From assembly GCF_009914755.1 (NCBI RefSeq), contig NC_060925.1: a stretch of DNA of 64,000 nucleotides. One strand, written 5' to 3'. The stretch comes from the human T2T-CHM13v2.0 reference genome, Homo sapiens. The translations under genes were made by a program, and so were the position numbers. Position 1 is the first letter of the stretch; each line of letters begins with the position of its first letter. The notes below the pieces were generated by a model. The model searched no databases. It was not told where the DNA came from and was given only the letters and a program-made list of their open reading frames with translations. Shown piece after piece: positions 1 through 12,573 of this stretch.

Positions 1-631
1 AATCACAAGGGTGTCTCAAGGAGATGCTCTGGCCTTCTGAAACTCCTAGGGAAGGGAGATCCACATAAAAACTTTGCTGCTTCTGGCTTGTTTCATTCTT
101 CTCTGCTCTTAAAAATGGTTGTGGGGAACTATTAAATGTCACTCTTATTTAAACTCCCATGTGAATTCTATTTTTGTGTTTGAAGAACAACACACTGTTT
201 ATACGCCCAACGTGCCTATGAAATGAAAACAGATGGTGCCACCTAAAGAATTGAAGGCAAAACATGTAGGAAGTTGATATACTTTCAGAACACAGTCACA
301 TATACTGGATGATTAAAAATTATTTTAAAAGTGAAGGAAAGTGAGAAGAACCTTGTTAGAAGAGACTGAGTAGCAACTTAACTGTCTTATATTTTTTAGA
401 AGCTTGGTACCAATTAACTTCATTGCCACTCAATAAAAATTAAAGATATGAATGTAAGGAATTCTTGGGGAACTATTTAACACATCAACTGTGAAAGTCA
501 ATATCCTACATTAACATAACAATGCCAAATTTCCCTTATAAATTGACAAAGATGCTACTCCTCAAGGTTAAATGGTTTAAATTTATCAAATCAAACATGC
601 AAAAAGAGATGGTGAAGTGGTTTGTCTTGAT

Positions 632-881
<250 letters not shown>

Positions 882-1305
882 TGAAGTTTTAGATGTATAT
901 ATGTCCCAAATGTATCTTTCTTCATTACCTGTTTTGCATCAGCCACAGCTAATGTTGGGTAATTTCTGATTATAGACTATTAGTTTTTGTGGATTCAAAT
1001 AAGAACTTCTCATAAGAACTGATTTGTCAGTTTGGCTTACAGTTATTCATGGTATTCTATAGCTGATGTCTGGGAAAATAGGTCAAATATTGTCTCTTCA
1101 GGTCAGTGATGTTGGAGTAGAATTATCTGGGCAAGCCTGGCATTCCACTGGTTCTTCTCTAGGAACAGCCAGACAGAGAGAAGCAAAGGGCAAAGACAGA
1201 GTGGCAAGAGAGACACAGAGAAAGACAAGTCATGGGGAGAAGCAGAGACAGATAAAGAAGAAGAGAGCAATAGAGTGATGGTAAGAGTAGAGAATTAGAG
1301 AGGGG

Positions 1306-2398
1306 TATCGGGCAAAATTCACCCCCGATATTTCACGTAGCTTCTTTTCTATTTTCCCTAAGTGTCAGCTGGTCTGAGAAATAAAGGGACAGAGTACAAA
1401 AGAGAGAAATCTTAAAGCTTGGTGTCCAGGGGAGACATCACTTGTCAGCAGGTTCCGTAATGCCCCTGAGCTGTAAAACCAGCAAGTTTTTATTAGTGAT
1501 TTTCAAAAGGGGAAGGAGTGTATGAATAGGGTGTGGGTCACAGAGATCACATGCTTCACAAAGCAATAAAATATCACGAGGCAAATGGAGGCAGGGCAAG
1601 ATCACAGGACCACAGGACCACAGGACCGGGGTGAAATTAAAATTGCTAATGAAGTTTCGGGCACGCATTGTCATTGATAACATCTTATCAGGAGACAGGG
1701 TTTGAGAGCAGACAACTGGTCCGACCAAAATTTATTAGGCAGGAATTTCCTCATCCTAATAAGCCTGGGAGTGCTACGGGAGACTGGGGCTTATTGCATC
1801 CCTCAACTACGATCATAAAAGACAGCCGTCCCCAAAGCGGCCATTTCAGAGGCCTCCCCTCAGGGACACATTCTCTTTCTCAGGGATGTTCCTAGCTGAG
1901 AAAAAGAATTCAGCGATATTTCTCCCATTTGCTTTTGAAAGAAGAGAAATATGTCTCTGTTCCACCCGGCTCACCGGCAGTCAGAGTTTAAGGTTGTCTC
2001 CCTTGTTCCCTGAACATTGCTGTTATTCTGTTCTTTTTTCAAGGTACCCAGATTTCATAGTGTTCAAACACACATGCTCTACAAACAATTTGTGCAGTTA
2101 ATGCAATCATCACAGGGTCCCGAGGTGACATACATCCTCCTCAGTTTATGAAGATTACGGGATTAAGAGATTAAAGTAAAGACAGGCATAGGAAGAAAGG
2201 GTATTGATTGGGGAAGTGATAAGTGTCCATGAAATCTTCACAATTTATGTTCAAAGATTGCAGTAAAGACAGGCGTAAGAAATTATAAAAGTATTAATTT
2301 GGGGAACTAATAAATGTCCATGAAATCATCACAATTTACATTCTTCTGCCATGGCTTCAGTCGATCCCTCCATTCGGGGTCCCTGACTTCCCGCAACA
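1306..2398 (-). mobile_element. MER11 solo LTR (HERV-K11/HML-8; length suggests MER11C)
   Basis: Minus strand begins TGTTGCGGGAAGTCAGGGACCCC (MER11 5' end). 1093 bp. 6-bp TSD GAGGGG at 1300-1305 and 2399-2404. Confidence 0.92.
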
Positions 2399-2644
2399 GA
2401 GGGGAGAGACTGTCTCACTTACTGATGGCTTTGCCTCCCAGAGGGCATGGCTTGCCTTTGTTTCTGTGAGGTCTCCATACCATAACCCTTCTTTTTTAGT
2501 TGGGCTACTTCGAATGGATTAGTGTCCCTTTCAAGGAAAGCATTGACTAGAATAGTTATAAATGCTTTCTTATTTGTTGCTTTAGGGAAATTAATTGCCC
2601 AGGTCTTAAAAATATTAATTACTTAAGAAGATAATTATGTGGAA

Positions 2645-2835
2645 CTTATATATAAACACACAGGCAAACACACACAGGAATACATACACATACATACTAC
2701 ATACACATATATACACATATATAATTTCAAAATGCATATATAAGTTAAATGAAATATTGTGAATATTATATATATACACATACATACATGTGTATACACA
2801 CATACATACATGAACACACACAAGTGCATGTATAT
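2645..2835. repeat. Degenerate (TA/CA)n low-complexity tract
   Basis: Alternating purine-pyrimidine runs. Confidence 0.85.
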
Positions 2836-4811
2836 TTTCCCCTCTGAGAAGTAGAAAATATTACTGTGAGGCTCTTGGGCCTCAATCTCAACACGATGGT
2901 AATCATCTGTTTGCAAGCTGAAAATCTTCAGTCCTTCAAACACTAACTGCCTCTAGCTTAACTCTCTTTAACTCTATCTAACCCTAGCTTTCTTATTCTA
3001 GTAGCTCTCTGTCTCCTAAAAGCCTGAAATATATAGACATGTAGCCCTAAGGATTTAGTGTGACTGAAAAGGATTATATATGGGCACATAAATATTTATT
3101 CTTCTCCTTAAAGGTTTTGAAAACATGAAAATAGTTCTGCTAACTCTCAGGTTTTTTGACAATAGCAATAAATACCTGTGCTCAGAGTACTAGTATTCAT
3201 AATTTATCAATAGGTCATCTGTCAATCTGCTATTGGCCCAGAAACCACTAAGGCAAGACAATAAGTCCATTAATAAACATAAATATTATTCTACTAGTTG
3301 ACCTTGTGGAATTTCTAGGTCCAAGAAGCAAAATGAATTTAGTTCATTCACTCATTCACTACATAACTATTCACCAAACATCTTACATGTGTCAGGGCAG
3401 GGTACTTTGTTTAGCACAAGAAAAAAAGAGAGAGAATCAGAAATGAATAAGCTAGAGAAAGTTCCAAATTAGAGACTGTGGGGTTCTGTCTCCAAAAATA
3501 AAAGATTAATTCTATTGCAGGTAAGCAGAAGCTTATGACACCAAAAGCAAGACATAAGGAATGTTCATATACAATTCAACATATATTCTTTGTCATCTAC
3601 TCTGTGCCCATTAATCATAATGGTCTTGTGAGAAATATTTTGTAAATCCTTATCTTTGCAAAGCATGTGACAAAGTTTCATATTCCATTCTTGTTATAAA
3701 GATGGAGAAATATAGGTAGGGTATTTTAAATTGACTCATACTTTTAGAGTGAATTATTCAACAAATATTTGTTTTCCCGATACTATATACTTCCTGTTTT
3801 GAAATTATCTACATGAAAAAGACTAATTCTTGCCCGTTTGTGAGTTTATAACCTATCATAGAAGTGAGCCAACTATGAACAGAACATAAGGCAGCAAGTA
3901 TTAAGTAGAATAAAAGATGTGCAGACAAATGACTTTGGAATTTCAGAGGGTGGATAAATTGTTCTGGATGGTCAAGGAACACTAGGCATTTCTTATTTGA
4001 ATTATCTATTATAGGAGAGGGAGAATTTCAAGAGAGAGAGATATGAGTAAAAGATATTCCAGCCAAGGGGATTATATGTAGAAATCCTATATGGAACAGA
4101 GAACTGTTCAATTTGCCTGCAGACCGGCCATATAGTTATGGTGATCTTGAACATCAGAAATTTGAACTTGGTACTGTAAGCCATGGGAATCAGTAAGGAT
4201 TTTGGATTGGGGAAATGCACCTAGTGCTTATTGATGCACTGGTATTAGCTTGGAAAAGAGTCTGCACTGATCAGCACCTTTGTCATTTCTTGAATTAAGA
4301 TGTAAAAGGCATGGTGCCAGAAGAGGAAACGGAGGCTGGGGGAGATAACAACCCATGTCAGGTCACAAGAGCAGTTGACAGTATAATAGTTTGAACCAGG
4401 ATGTACTACTCATGACTTGTTAGCGATCTTTATGCTGCTATATCTGATCTTTATCAATTTATTATGAGGCTAAGTCAGGAAATGTAATTTCTCTATTTTA
4501 CTGATGAGAATGTTGAGGAGGTCAAGCCACTTGTTCTGGCTCATGCAAGTAAGCAGGACAGATGGGAACACAACTGCAATCATGAGTCTTCAGAACACCT
4601 TATGTTCACATTCCCTCATAGTGCCACAGACCCTCCTTTTCTTGTGAACTGGATAATCACATACCTGCAGCCCCCTTCCCTTATTGATATCACCTTCAAA
4701 AATTGAAGAAATGTCAACATTGGGGAAGAAGAACACAGGTAATACAAAGATGTTTTTTGTTTCTGTCTCTAACCTGACCTTTATTTAAAAAAACAAACAA
4801 TGGAAACTTAC

Positions 4812-4873
4812 AGTTGTTCTGCAGGAGTTTGTCCAGGGAATCACGCCACTGCAGGGCCTCGTCCAGCGAGGTT
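4812..4873 (-). CDS. RGS5: RGS5 coding exon 3 (62 nt; K-TSLDEALQWRDSLDKLLQNN-), start of the RGS domain
   Basis: Acceptor gatgtag|A and donor T|gtaagt. Translation matches RGS5 and continues the exon 2 frame. The gene continues past the left edge. Confidence 0.98.
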
Positions 4874-7800
4874 CTACATCAATAATAAGGAGAGAAAAGG
4901 GGTATGGCGTAAGTAGGCATTGAACCACATGTACCAGCAATAACTACTTCCTGTTTCTCTTAGATGGAAATGATATGACTGCTGGTCTATCCTCAGGACA
5001 AGGAAGTTTAAGTTATTTTCTCTCTAACAATTGGGTTTGATGAGCTGGGTTTGCTTTCATACATCTTTATTGCATATCTTCATCTTTTTTGAACATTTTG
5101 GTTAGGTCTTTCCCTTTTTAAAAGTAGAGTTCGTTTGACATTAAGCTGTGTCTTGATAGTCTTATGTATCCCATGAAAGTTGTTCCAACTGTGGTCTTTT
5201 TTCCAAATATAACTTCATGAAATCCAGTTGTCCCATTACAGAGATTGAACTCCTGTTCTCTGCCTCACCAATACTGCATGTTAACCACCTAACTGAATCA
5301 GCAGAGGGCATTGGGGTTCCACATCCACATCCCAAAGCTGTCTAATTAAGGATAGTGGAAGATGTGAGTGTATAATGCTTTCCTTATGTTGGGATTGTGA
5401 TCATAGCAAATTTACATGTTAAAAACGTAGGCGCATTTTTCCTACCCACTTATAACAGGATCAGACTTTTTTTTAAAGATTTACTCTTTCTAATTTAAAA
5501 AAAAAAAGAGTGGTTAATATATCCTGAACAGGAATGTTATACACAAATGCTTGAGATGCTGACTCAAAAGGAGAAGGTTATAGCCAACATATAATTTCTC
5601 CTTAGGCTGTTTCTATTTTAACATTTATATATGCAGAAACCCTGAAGCTATTTCATCTCAACCACCAATTTTTCTCTCACAGCAGGATGTGTCAAGTGGA
5701 GCTGATATTGTCCGGGAAAAATGGCTGACTGCACACTCTTCGGCTCACCCAGCTCGAACTCTTGCATTATGATGTGAGTTCTTCGTTGCCAAATCAAAAC
5801 AGACTGACAAAGCATTTACTAGAATATTAAGGCCAGTTTTTCCTAAACTGGAATTTCCTTAGCTCTTAATTTGTTTATCAACTGTCCAGGCAATCAAAAA
5901 AAATTCCTGCTTCTAGTTTTTAGACAATGATATTTCGGGGGGGGTGGTTAATTATTCAGATTTGCAGCTTTGGTTGATATGACAGCTGCTTGTTCTACTT
6001 TTCATTTTGCTGTCCCAGGCGCAGAATCAGCCTCACTTTATTTATGTAAGGAGTCCAAGACGGCAGTATGTTTTGGGCTAAAGTATTGTGAATAATCCCT
6101 TTACTTCTCTATTCCTCATTGCAGAACATGCATCGGTTGTGAGTCCTGATTATATGATTTTTCATAAACTTTCATGTGTTCACTCTTTGCAAGTTAAACT
6201 TGCCAAATTGAGGGTAACAAACCTTGTGAAATAATCTTGGGTGATTTCTGTTTTGCTGGCTAGAAACACAGGCATCATAGATGGAAAACATACTGATGCC
6301 TCAGAAATTTATTTCTAACACGTGAGCTACCCATCCCTCTTCCCATTTCCTCTGGCTAGTATAAAGGAGCACACAAAGAAAAAAAAAATGGCATGAACGG
6401 GGTGATTATAATTATGTCTCTATAGCATTCTTGTTCATTTTATTTCTAACCAGAAAAGGACCTATCTACTAGAGGTCAATAACTCCTCTTGGCTCTTTTA
6501 TATTACTGCAAGTGGAGAACTGTTTTATGTACATATTATTTCATGCCTACATGTTTAGCACAAGGTCTTACACATCTTACCTTCTTCACTATAGTAGGTT
6601 CAATATTTTGCACACAATAGACACCCACCAAGTCCCTATTCATTGTTGACAGAAGCAGCAGGACATTAAATTATTAGACAAAAGAAAGTAGCTCAGAGCA
6701 AGAGGAAGGCTGATTTACTCACAGGATCTCCTGATTTTATAAATATTCTCATTAAATGAAATCACTTTCCTGCCCCACTTTTCCTCTGGTTAGTATAGAG
6801 GAGCAAAGGAAGAAGAAATGACATGAGCAGGTATACCAAACTTAAGCATGTTATCCAATCTGATTTTTCCCAAATGGCCTTGTTGGAACCAGGCTAATGG
6901 TCAATAACAGCAGCACATCACAGCCAAGATTAAATTCCTGAAAAGGAAATGTGCAGAGCCCGCTTGGGGGTGAAATTGGTCCAAATTGATTTAAGGGCAC
7001 AGTCAAGTAGGACACATCCCCCACAGCATGAAGCCCAGCATTTTGATTACCAGCCTAGGAGTTAACAGAGGTTCATCCTGTCCTTATTCTCAGAATTTGC
7101 CAGTCCTCATTAGGTCTGACTTCATTGGAAACAAGATAGATGCAGATCTAAATGACCAATAAATGTTCTGGTTTGCAAGGTCATAGCTGACCACAGAGGA
7201 TGGGTATGGAGTTTCTGTGCGTGGGAGTGTGGGGGAGAGAGAGAAAGCTATTTCAAATGAAACTCAAAATAAACATTTATAGAGATGATTAACCACATGT
7301 TTTATAATGCCTAGTATAAATGCCACCTGGCCCAGGAAGTGGCCATCTCTGCTGGAAGCGCTGTCTCTCTTTTTACTCTACTCTTACCACTTTTACTCAC
7401 TGAATCTCTCACATGACAATGAGGCACTCACTGCCGAAGGGTATAGGTTGTCATGCACAGAGAACTTTTCCCATTTCACCCTATCCTGTGGTGTACCCTT
7501 ACAGCATCCATCCACCTTGCAATAAATGTGTGTCAGATTAATAAGTAAATGAATGATGGTTTTGCCTTGAGTTAGCCTGGCTGATGAAAGCCACAAATAA
7601 CCCCAAACTCAGATTTTAATGACCAGTCCCATGAACCATTATTACTGCTATTGGCAATGCTGGCACTTACTAGCTATAACCTCAAGTGCCTGTGGTTGGG
7701 TTTTTTGTTTGTTTTTGTTTTTTGTATTGTTTTGGTTTGATTTGGTTTTTAATCTGCGCAGTGCCTGGCACATACTTAAATGTCTTAAAAATGTTCTTAC

Positions 7801-8510
7801 ACATTGGTGCTCTTAACAAGGAAAAGAAAATTCAAGTTATTTACTGTCAATTAGATGTGCCTAGTCCCCTCTCCCTTCCTGCCCAACAGTACAGTCTGCT
7901 CATGACCAGGCTCAAGTTTATGAGCATTTATTGAGCCCTTACCTGATAACCAGTGGTGACCTGGGCATCACGGTTGGGCATACAGACTTAAGAACAAGCA
8001 AAACATGTCATTTTTTGACATCCATATGCGGGCCTGAAATTGTACATAGATCTTTAGTACTCACAACCAGGCTCATCCTAACCAGGTGAGCGTATGCAGG
8101 ACAACTTTCTGTAACTGTTTTCCACTAGCACAGGCTAGGTACTATTTATGTGTGGAGGTCATTCTTTAGTATAAAATGATCACTACAACAACAAACCAGA
8201 AAAAGGGGTTAAAAATTGCTGACATAGGCAGGGGAAAGGGAGACATTTATAATATAAAATAAGCTATATGAATATCTATATCAGCTCCTAACATTTTACA
8301 ATTGATGATTTTGTAAGCCATGATAACAGTTATCACAAACTAAACCTATGTGGTTGGCTAATGTTGTCTATTGTTTCTCAGGAGGACCTACAGCAGAGCC
8401 TTAAGGAATGCTCACATCCAGAGGGTGAGCAACAGTGGGAGCACTTAGAGAAAGAGAAGGCAGGTGGGGAATGCGGGACTAGAAGTTAAGGAAGAGAGTT
8501 TTAAGAGTAG
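4812..8510 (+). ncRNA. RGS5-AS1: Candidate exons of a spliced antisense lncRNA (likely RGS5-AS1): exon ending 4908, exon 5683-5773, exon starting 8382
   Basis: Plus-strand donor GGC|gtaagt at 4909; acceptor tttttctctcacag|cag (NAGNAG) at 5683/5686; donor GAT|gtgagt at 5774; branch ctaat plus acceptor ttgtttctcag|G at 8382. An antisense lncRNA at this locus is recalled from annotation. The outer ends are not determined. Confidence 0.55.
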
Positions 8511-8518
8511 GTCAACTG

Positions 8519-8874
<356 letters not shown>

Positions 8875-11158
8875 TTAGAAACAACAGTTCGGGTGAGGTA
8901 GTAAGGTTGAAGCTGGTTAAGAAGGAGATACAGAAAAGACTGAAAGCCATGAGTACAGACTTCTGTTTCTACAGTTAGTCAGTAAAAGTAAGAGAAAGGC
9001 ATAGAAGCAGAAGGAGAGAAAGGCGGGAAGAGAATTTTTCAGCATGGAACATGGGTACCTGTTTGCTCCTGGGGAAGAGGGTCCACAGGGAAAAAGGACT
9101 ACTAAAAGTGCAAAAAGGGGAACAGAGCTGTCTTTAGGGGGTAGGAATATAAGCACTTATTTCTGTTTTTCTCAATGGTCCATTTTTGTTTTTAAAAGTG
9201 AGAACTCAAAAATACATGTTAAAAAAATAGAAAATACTTTTAAAAAAACGGATTCTACTGATGTCAGTAACCCAAAGAATATGAGAAGGGTTAAAAATAC
9301 CTCCAATCAAGAGAAGAATTATTTTCCCCTCTGAAAGAAGAACATGAGTTAAAAATACAGAGAAATTTTAAAGTGAGAGAAGAGAGAGAGAGATGGAGCT
9401 TATGCAGAACACAGTATTTCCTGTCAGATAAATGGCATAGAAAGTTGCCAAACATGAGGAGGTGGGATGGGGTCTGTGGATTCAGAAGAGAGTGGGAAAC
9501 TTTTTTATTGGTCACTGTTGAAAATGCAATAGATACAGAATTATTCTCTAGGGATATGAAGGAATTTTCCAAAACAATTTAGGCTTCTGGAGGAAGAAAG
9601 GGGATGGAAGACAAGAGAAGTAAATAATCCAATAAATGGTCAGCACCAGGGTTTCTTCCAGAACAGCTTCTCTCTGAATCCCTTTTAATCTCAACAGTTT
9701 AAGGGTCTATGTGAATGTTAAAGCAGAGATTTAAAGCAGGAAATGTAGAACTCTATTTTTTTAAAGTTAATACCAACGGATCAATAAATTGTCACATTGT
9801 TTACTTCAAAATAGATGTTTTGATCTGTTGCTGCTATGAAATGTGGTTCTTATTCTCCACTACCGCTTGGTGCCTGCTGCTCCACACTGAATTAGCTTCT
9901 CCTTTTCAAATGCAGAAAACGCAATTATGCCTCACTTCCTGTTTAGAATCACTTTGAAGTAATAAAAAAAAGGAGGAATGGAAATATTCACTTAGGCTAA
10001 TGGAAAAAGATTAAAAAAAGAGAAAGAATAACTCATCTCTTTATCTCCCAATCAATCCAGCTATGGTAAGTTGAGGTCATTTGGACAAAGGACAGGCTGG
10101 CCAATTTACACAAATATTCCATTTAAAAAGAGAAATGGAGGTTAAAGGGACTCCTATATTTTTACCACACTTCTGTGATATCCTCAAAGCTCTAAGATAG
10201 CAGAGCGAAGGAATTTGAATGCCTTGGCCTTTTCTTCTTCCCATTTTCCTTTCTTGATTTTTCATGGATATCTCTGTTTTAATGGGAAGATGGAGTGTAT
10301 CTGTCTAGGTAGTGACAGTCTCTGCAGCTAGCAGGGATGATGATGAACGATGGGAATGCTGGGAGTCGTGTTCCTGAGTTAAAGCGGGGCCAATGCACAC
10401 TGTGAGACCTGGATTCACTGCCATAACATCATGACTCTTTAGAAGTAATAGTTCCCTAGGATGCCTAAATTGACAGGAGGAATGTGTAGGGAGAGGAGAA
10501 TGGGGATGAGGGAGGATTGCAGAAATCCAATCAAGAATATTAATTTATGAATTGGGAAAAATACCTGGTGTACATTAAATAGAAATAGCTAGTCCAGTAT
10601 TCGTTCTTCACTTAAGTAACAGACTTTGTTCCTCTGTTGGAACTTGAGGGGCACTATCTTGGAGAAGGAACGATTAGGCTGAAATTGTCTGCCTTGTCCT
10701 TAGTATCTTTCTGAGGGAAATGTTCTCACATCACCCTGCTGAGGAAGCAGCTTTAGATAGTTCATCAGCAGGTAAGCATCCAGGGCTCATAATTAACTGG
10801 ATCAGGAGTGGTTACCAAGGCAGTAAATGAGCAGGTATTTTTACCACACTGCTGTAGTGGCTGGTATCATTTTATAAGTATGGTCTGTCTATTTTATAAG
10901 TATGTCTGTCTCTCAAAAATAAGGCAGAGTCTTATCTTTTATTTTTTATGTATTCTGCCTGTATTCAATAAGATGCTCCAGACATGAGATAGTTGAGAAA
11001 AAAAAAAAGAGCTTCTTTGCAAACCAACTCTCTGAGGGCTCTTATGATCCTTAATGAGTAATTGAAGGGGGTAGTTCTACAGATGAGGAATGGTGCTAAA
11101 CACTTGGAAAATAGCCATCCTCTGGAGGAAATGAGTGGAATCCATATTCATGACTCAC

Positions 11159-11269
11159 TTCTGGGTCTTGGCTGGTTTCTCTGGCTTCTCATTGTACGGA
11201 ATGACAAGGTCACCAACTGAGTCTGGCTTCTGGAGGAGAATTCCCAACTTGATCTTAATCTCCTTGGCC
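11159..11269 (-). CDS. RGS5: RGS5 coding exon 2 (111 nt; [38 protein letters not shown])
   Basis: Acceptor tcttctttcag|G and donor AA|gtgagt. Phase 2-2, in frame with exons 1 and 3. The peptide is visible in ORF 11155..11379. Confidence 0.98.
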
Positions 11270-11439
11270 CTGAAAGAAGAGACACAAGGGGAAATGAGGA
11301 CACCACATGTGCATACAGATTTTAAGAAGAGATTTCTTCCTGTGTCAGAGAAACAAAAATGAACAAAATCCCATTTCACTTTTATTTTTCTTGTGGCAGA
11401 AAGAATACTAATGCAGAAATTAGGATATATAAGTTCTAA

Positions 11440-11695
11440 TAAATAGCATTTATCAAGCTCTTAGTATGTCCTTCATTAATTTGCACTACATTTTAATCCT
11501 CATTATTGTTTTATATGTGTTCTCTCATTTTATATCTGCAGACACTATAGTACTATTTCCATTTTGCAGATGAGGTCACGGAATGACAGGAGTTTAAATA
11601 ACTTAAGATAAACCAGCCAGTATTTGGTGGAGACAGATGTGAGCCCAAGCTGTCTGATGCTAGAGTTCCCAGGTAGAACTCTGCATGCATTGCCT
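11440..11695 (-). mobile_element. MIR
   Basis: Reverse MIR core ccattttgcagatgagg...taacttaag. Confidence 0.6.
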
Positions 11696-11761
11696 ACTAG
11701 TCTTCTGAGGGCTCTGGTCTTCACTATTGTTAGATATATGACATTTGGAAAAAATGATCAC

Positions 11762-12573
11762 TTTTTTTTATTATTATTATACTTTAAGTTTTAGGGTACC
11801 TGTGCACAACATGCAGGTTTGTTACATATGTATACATGTACCATGTTGGTGTGCTGCACCCATCAACTCGTCATTTAGCATTAGGTATATCTCCCAATGC
11901 TATCCCTCCCCCCTCCCCCTACCCCACAACAGTCCCTGGTGTGTGATGTTCCTCTTCCTGTGTCCATGTGTTCTCATTGTTCAATTCCCACCTATGAGTG
12001 AGAACATGTGCTGTTTGGTTTTTTGTCCTTGCAATAGTTTGCTGAGAATGATGGTTTCCAGCTTCATCCAGGTCCCTACAAAGGACATGAACTCATCATT
12101 TTTTATGGCTGCATAGTATTCCATGGTGTATATGTGCCACATTTTCTTAATCCAGTCTATCATTGTTGGACATTTGGGTTGGTTCCAAGTCTTTGCTATT
12201 GTGAATAGTGCCACAATAAACATATGTGTGCATGTGTCTTTATAGCAGCATGATTTATAATCCTTTGGGTATATACCCAGTAATAGGATGGCTGGGTCAA
12301 ATGGTATTTCTAGTTCTAGATCCCTGAGGAATCGCCACACTGACTTCCACAATGGTTGAACTAGTTTACAGTCTCACCAACAGTGTAAAAGTGTTCCTAT
12401 TTCTCCACATCCTCTCCAGCACCTGTTGTTTCCTGACTTTTTGATGATCGCCATTCTAACTGGTGTGAGATGGTATCTCACTGTGGTTTTGATTTGCATT
12501 TCTCTGATGGCCAGTGATGATGAGCATTTTTTCATGTGTTTTTTGGCTGCATAAATATCTTCTTTTGAGAAGT
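11762..12573 (-). mobile_element. 5'-truncated L1PA (L1PA2/PA3-like): ORF2 C-terminus and 3' UTR
   Basis: ORFs 11981..12352 and 12374..12640 encode the L1 ORF2p C-terminus (…MFSLIGGN). L1PA 3' UTR present. TSD AAAATGAT/CCACTTTT at 11751 and 12574. Confidence 0.95.

Noticed and set aside
10870-10912. Small tandem duplications (also about 24800-24840, 32850-32910, 35002-35035, 41075-41130)
   Set aside because: Ordinary slippage products; no spacer-repeat (CRISPR-like) architecture.
11270-11379. N-terminal part of ORF 11155..11379
   Set aside because: Intronic read-through; only 11159-11269 is bounded by splice sites and matches RGS5.
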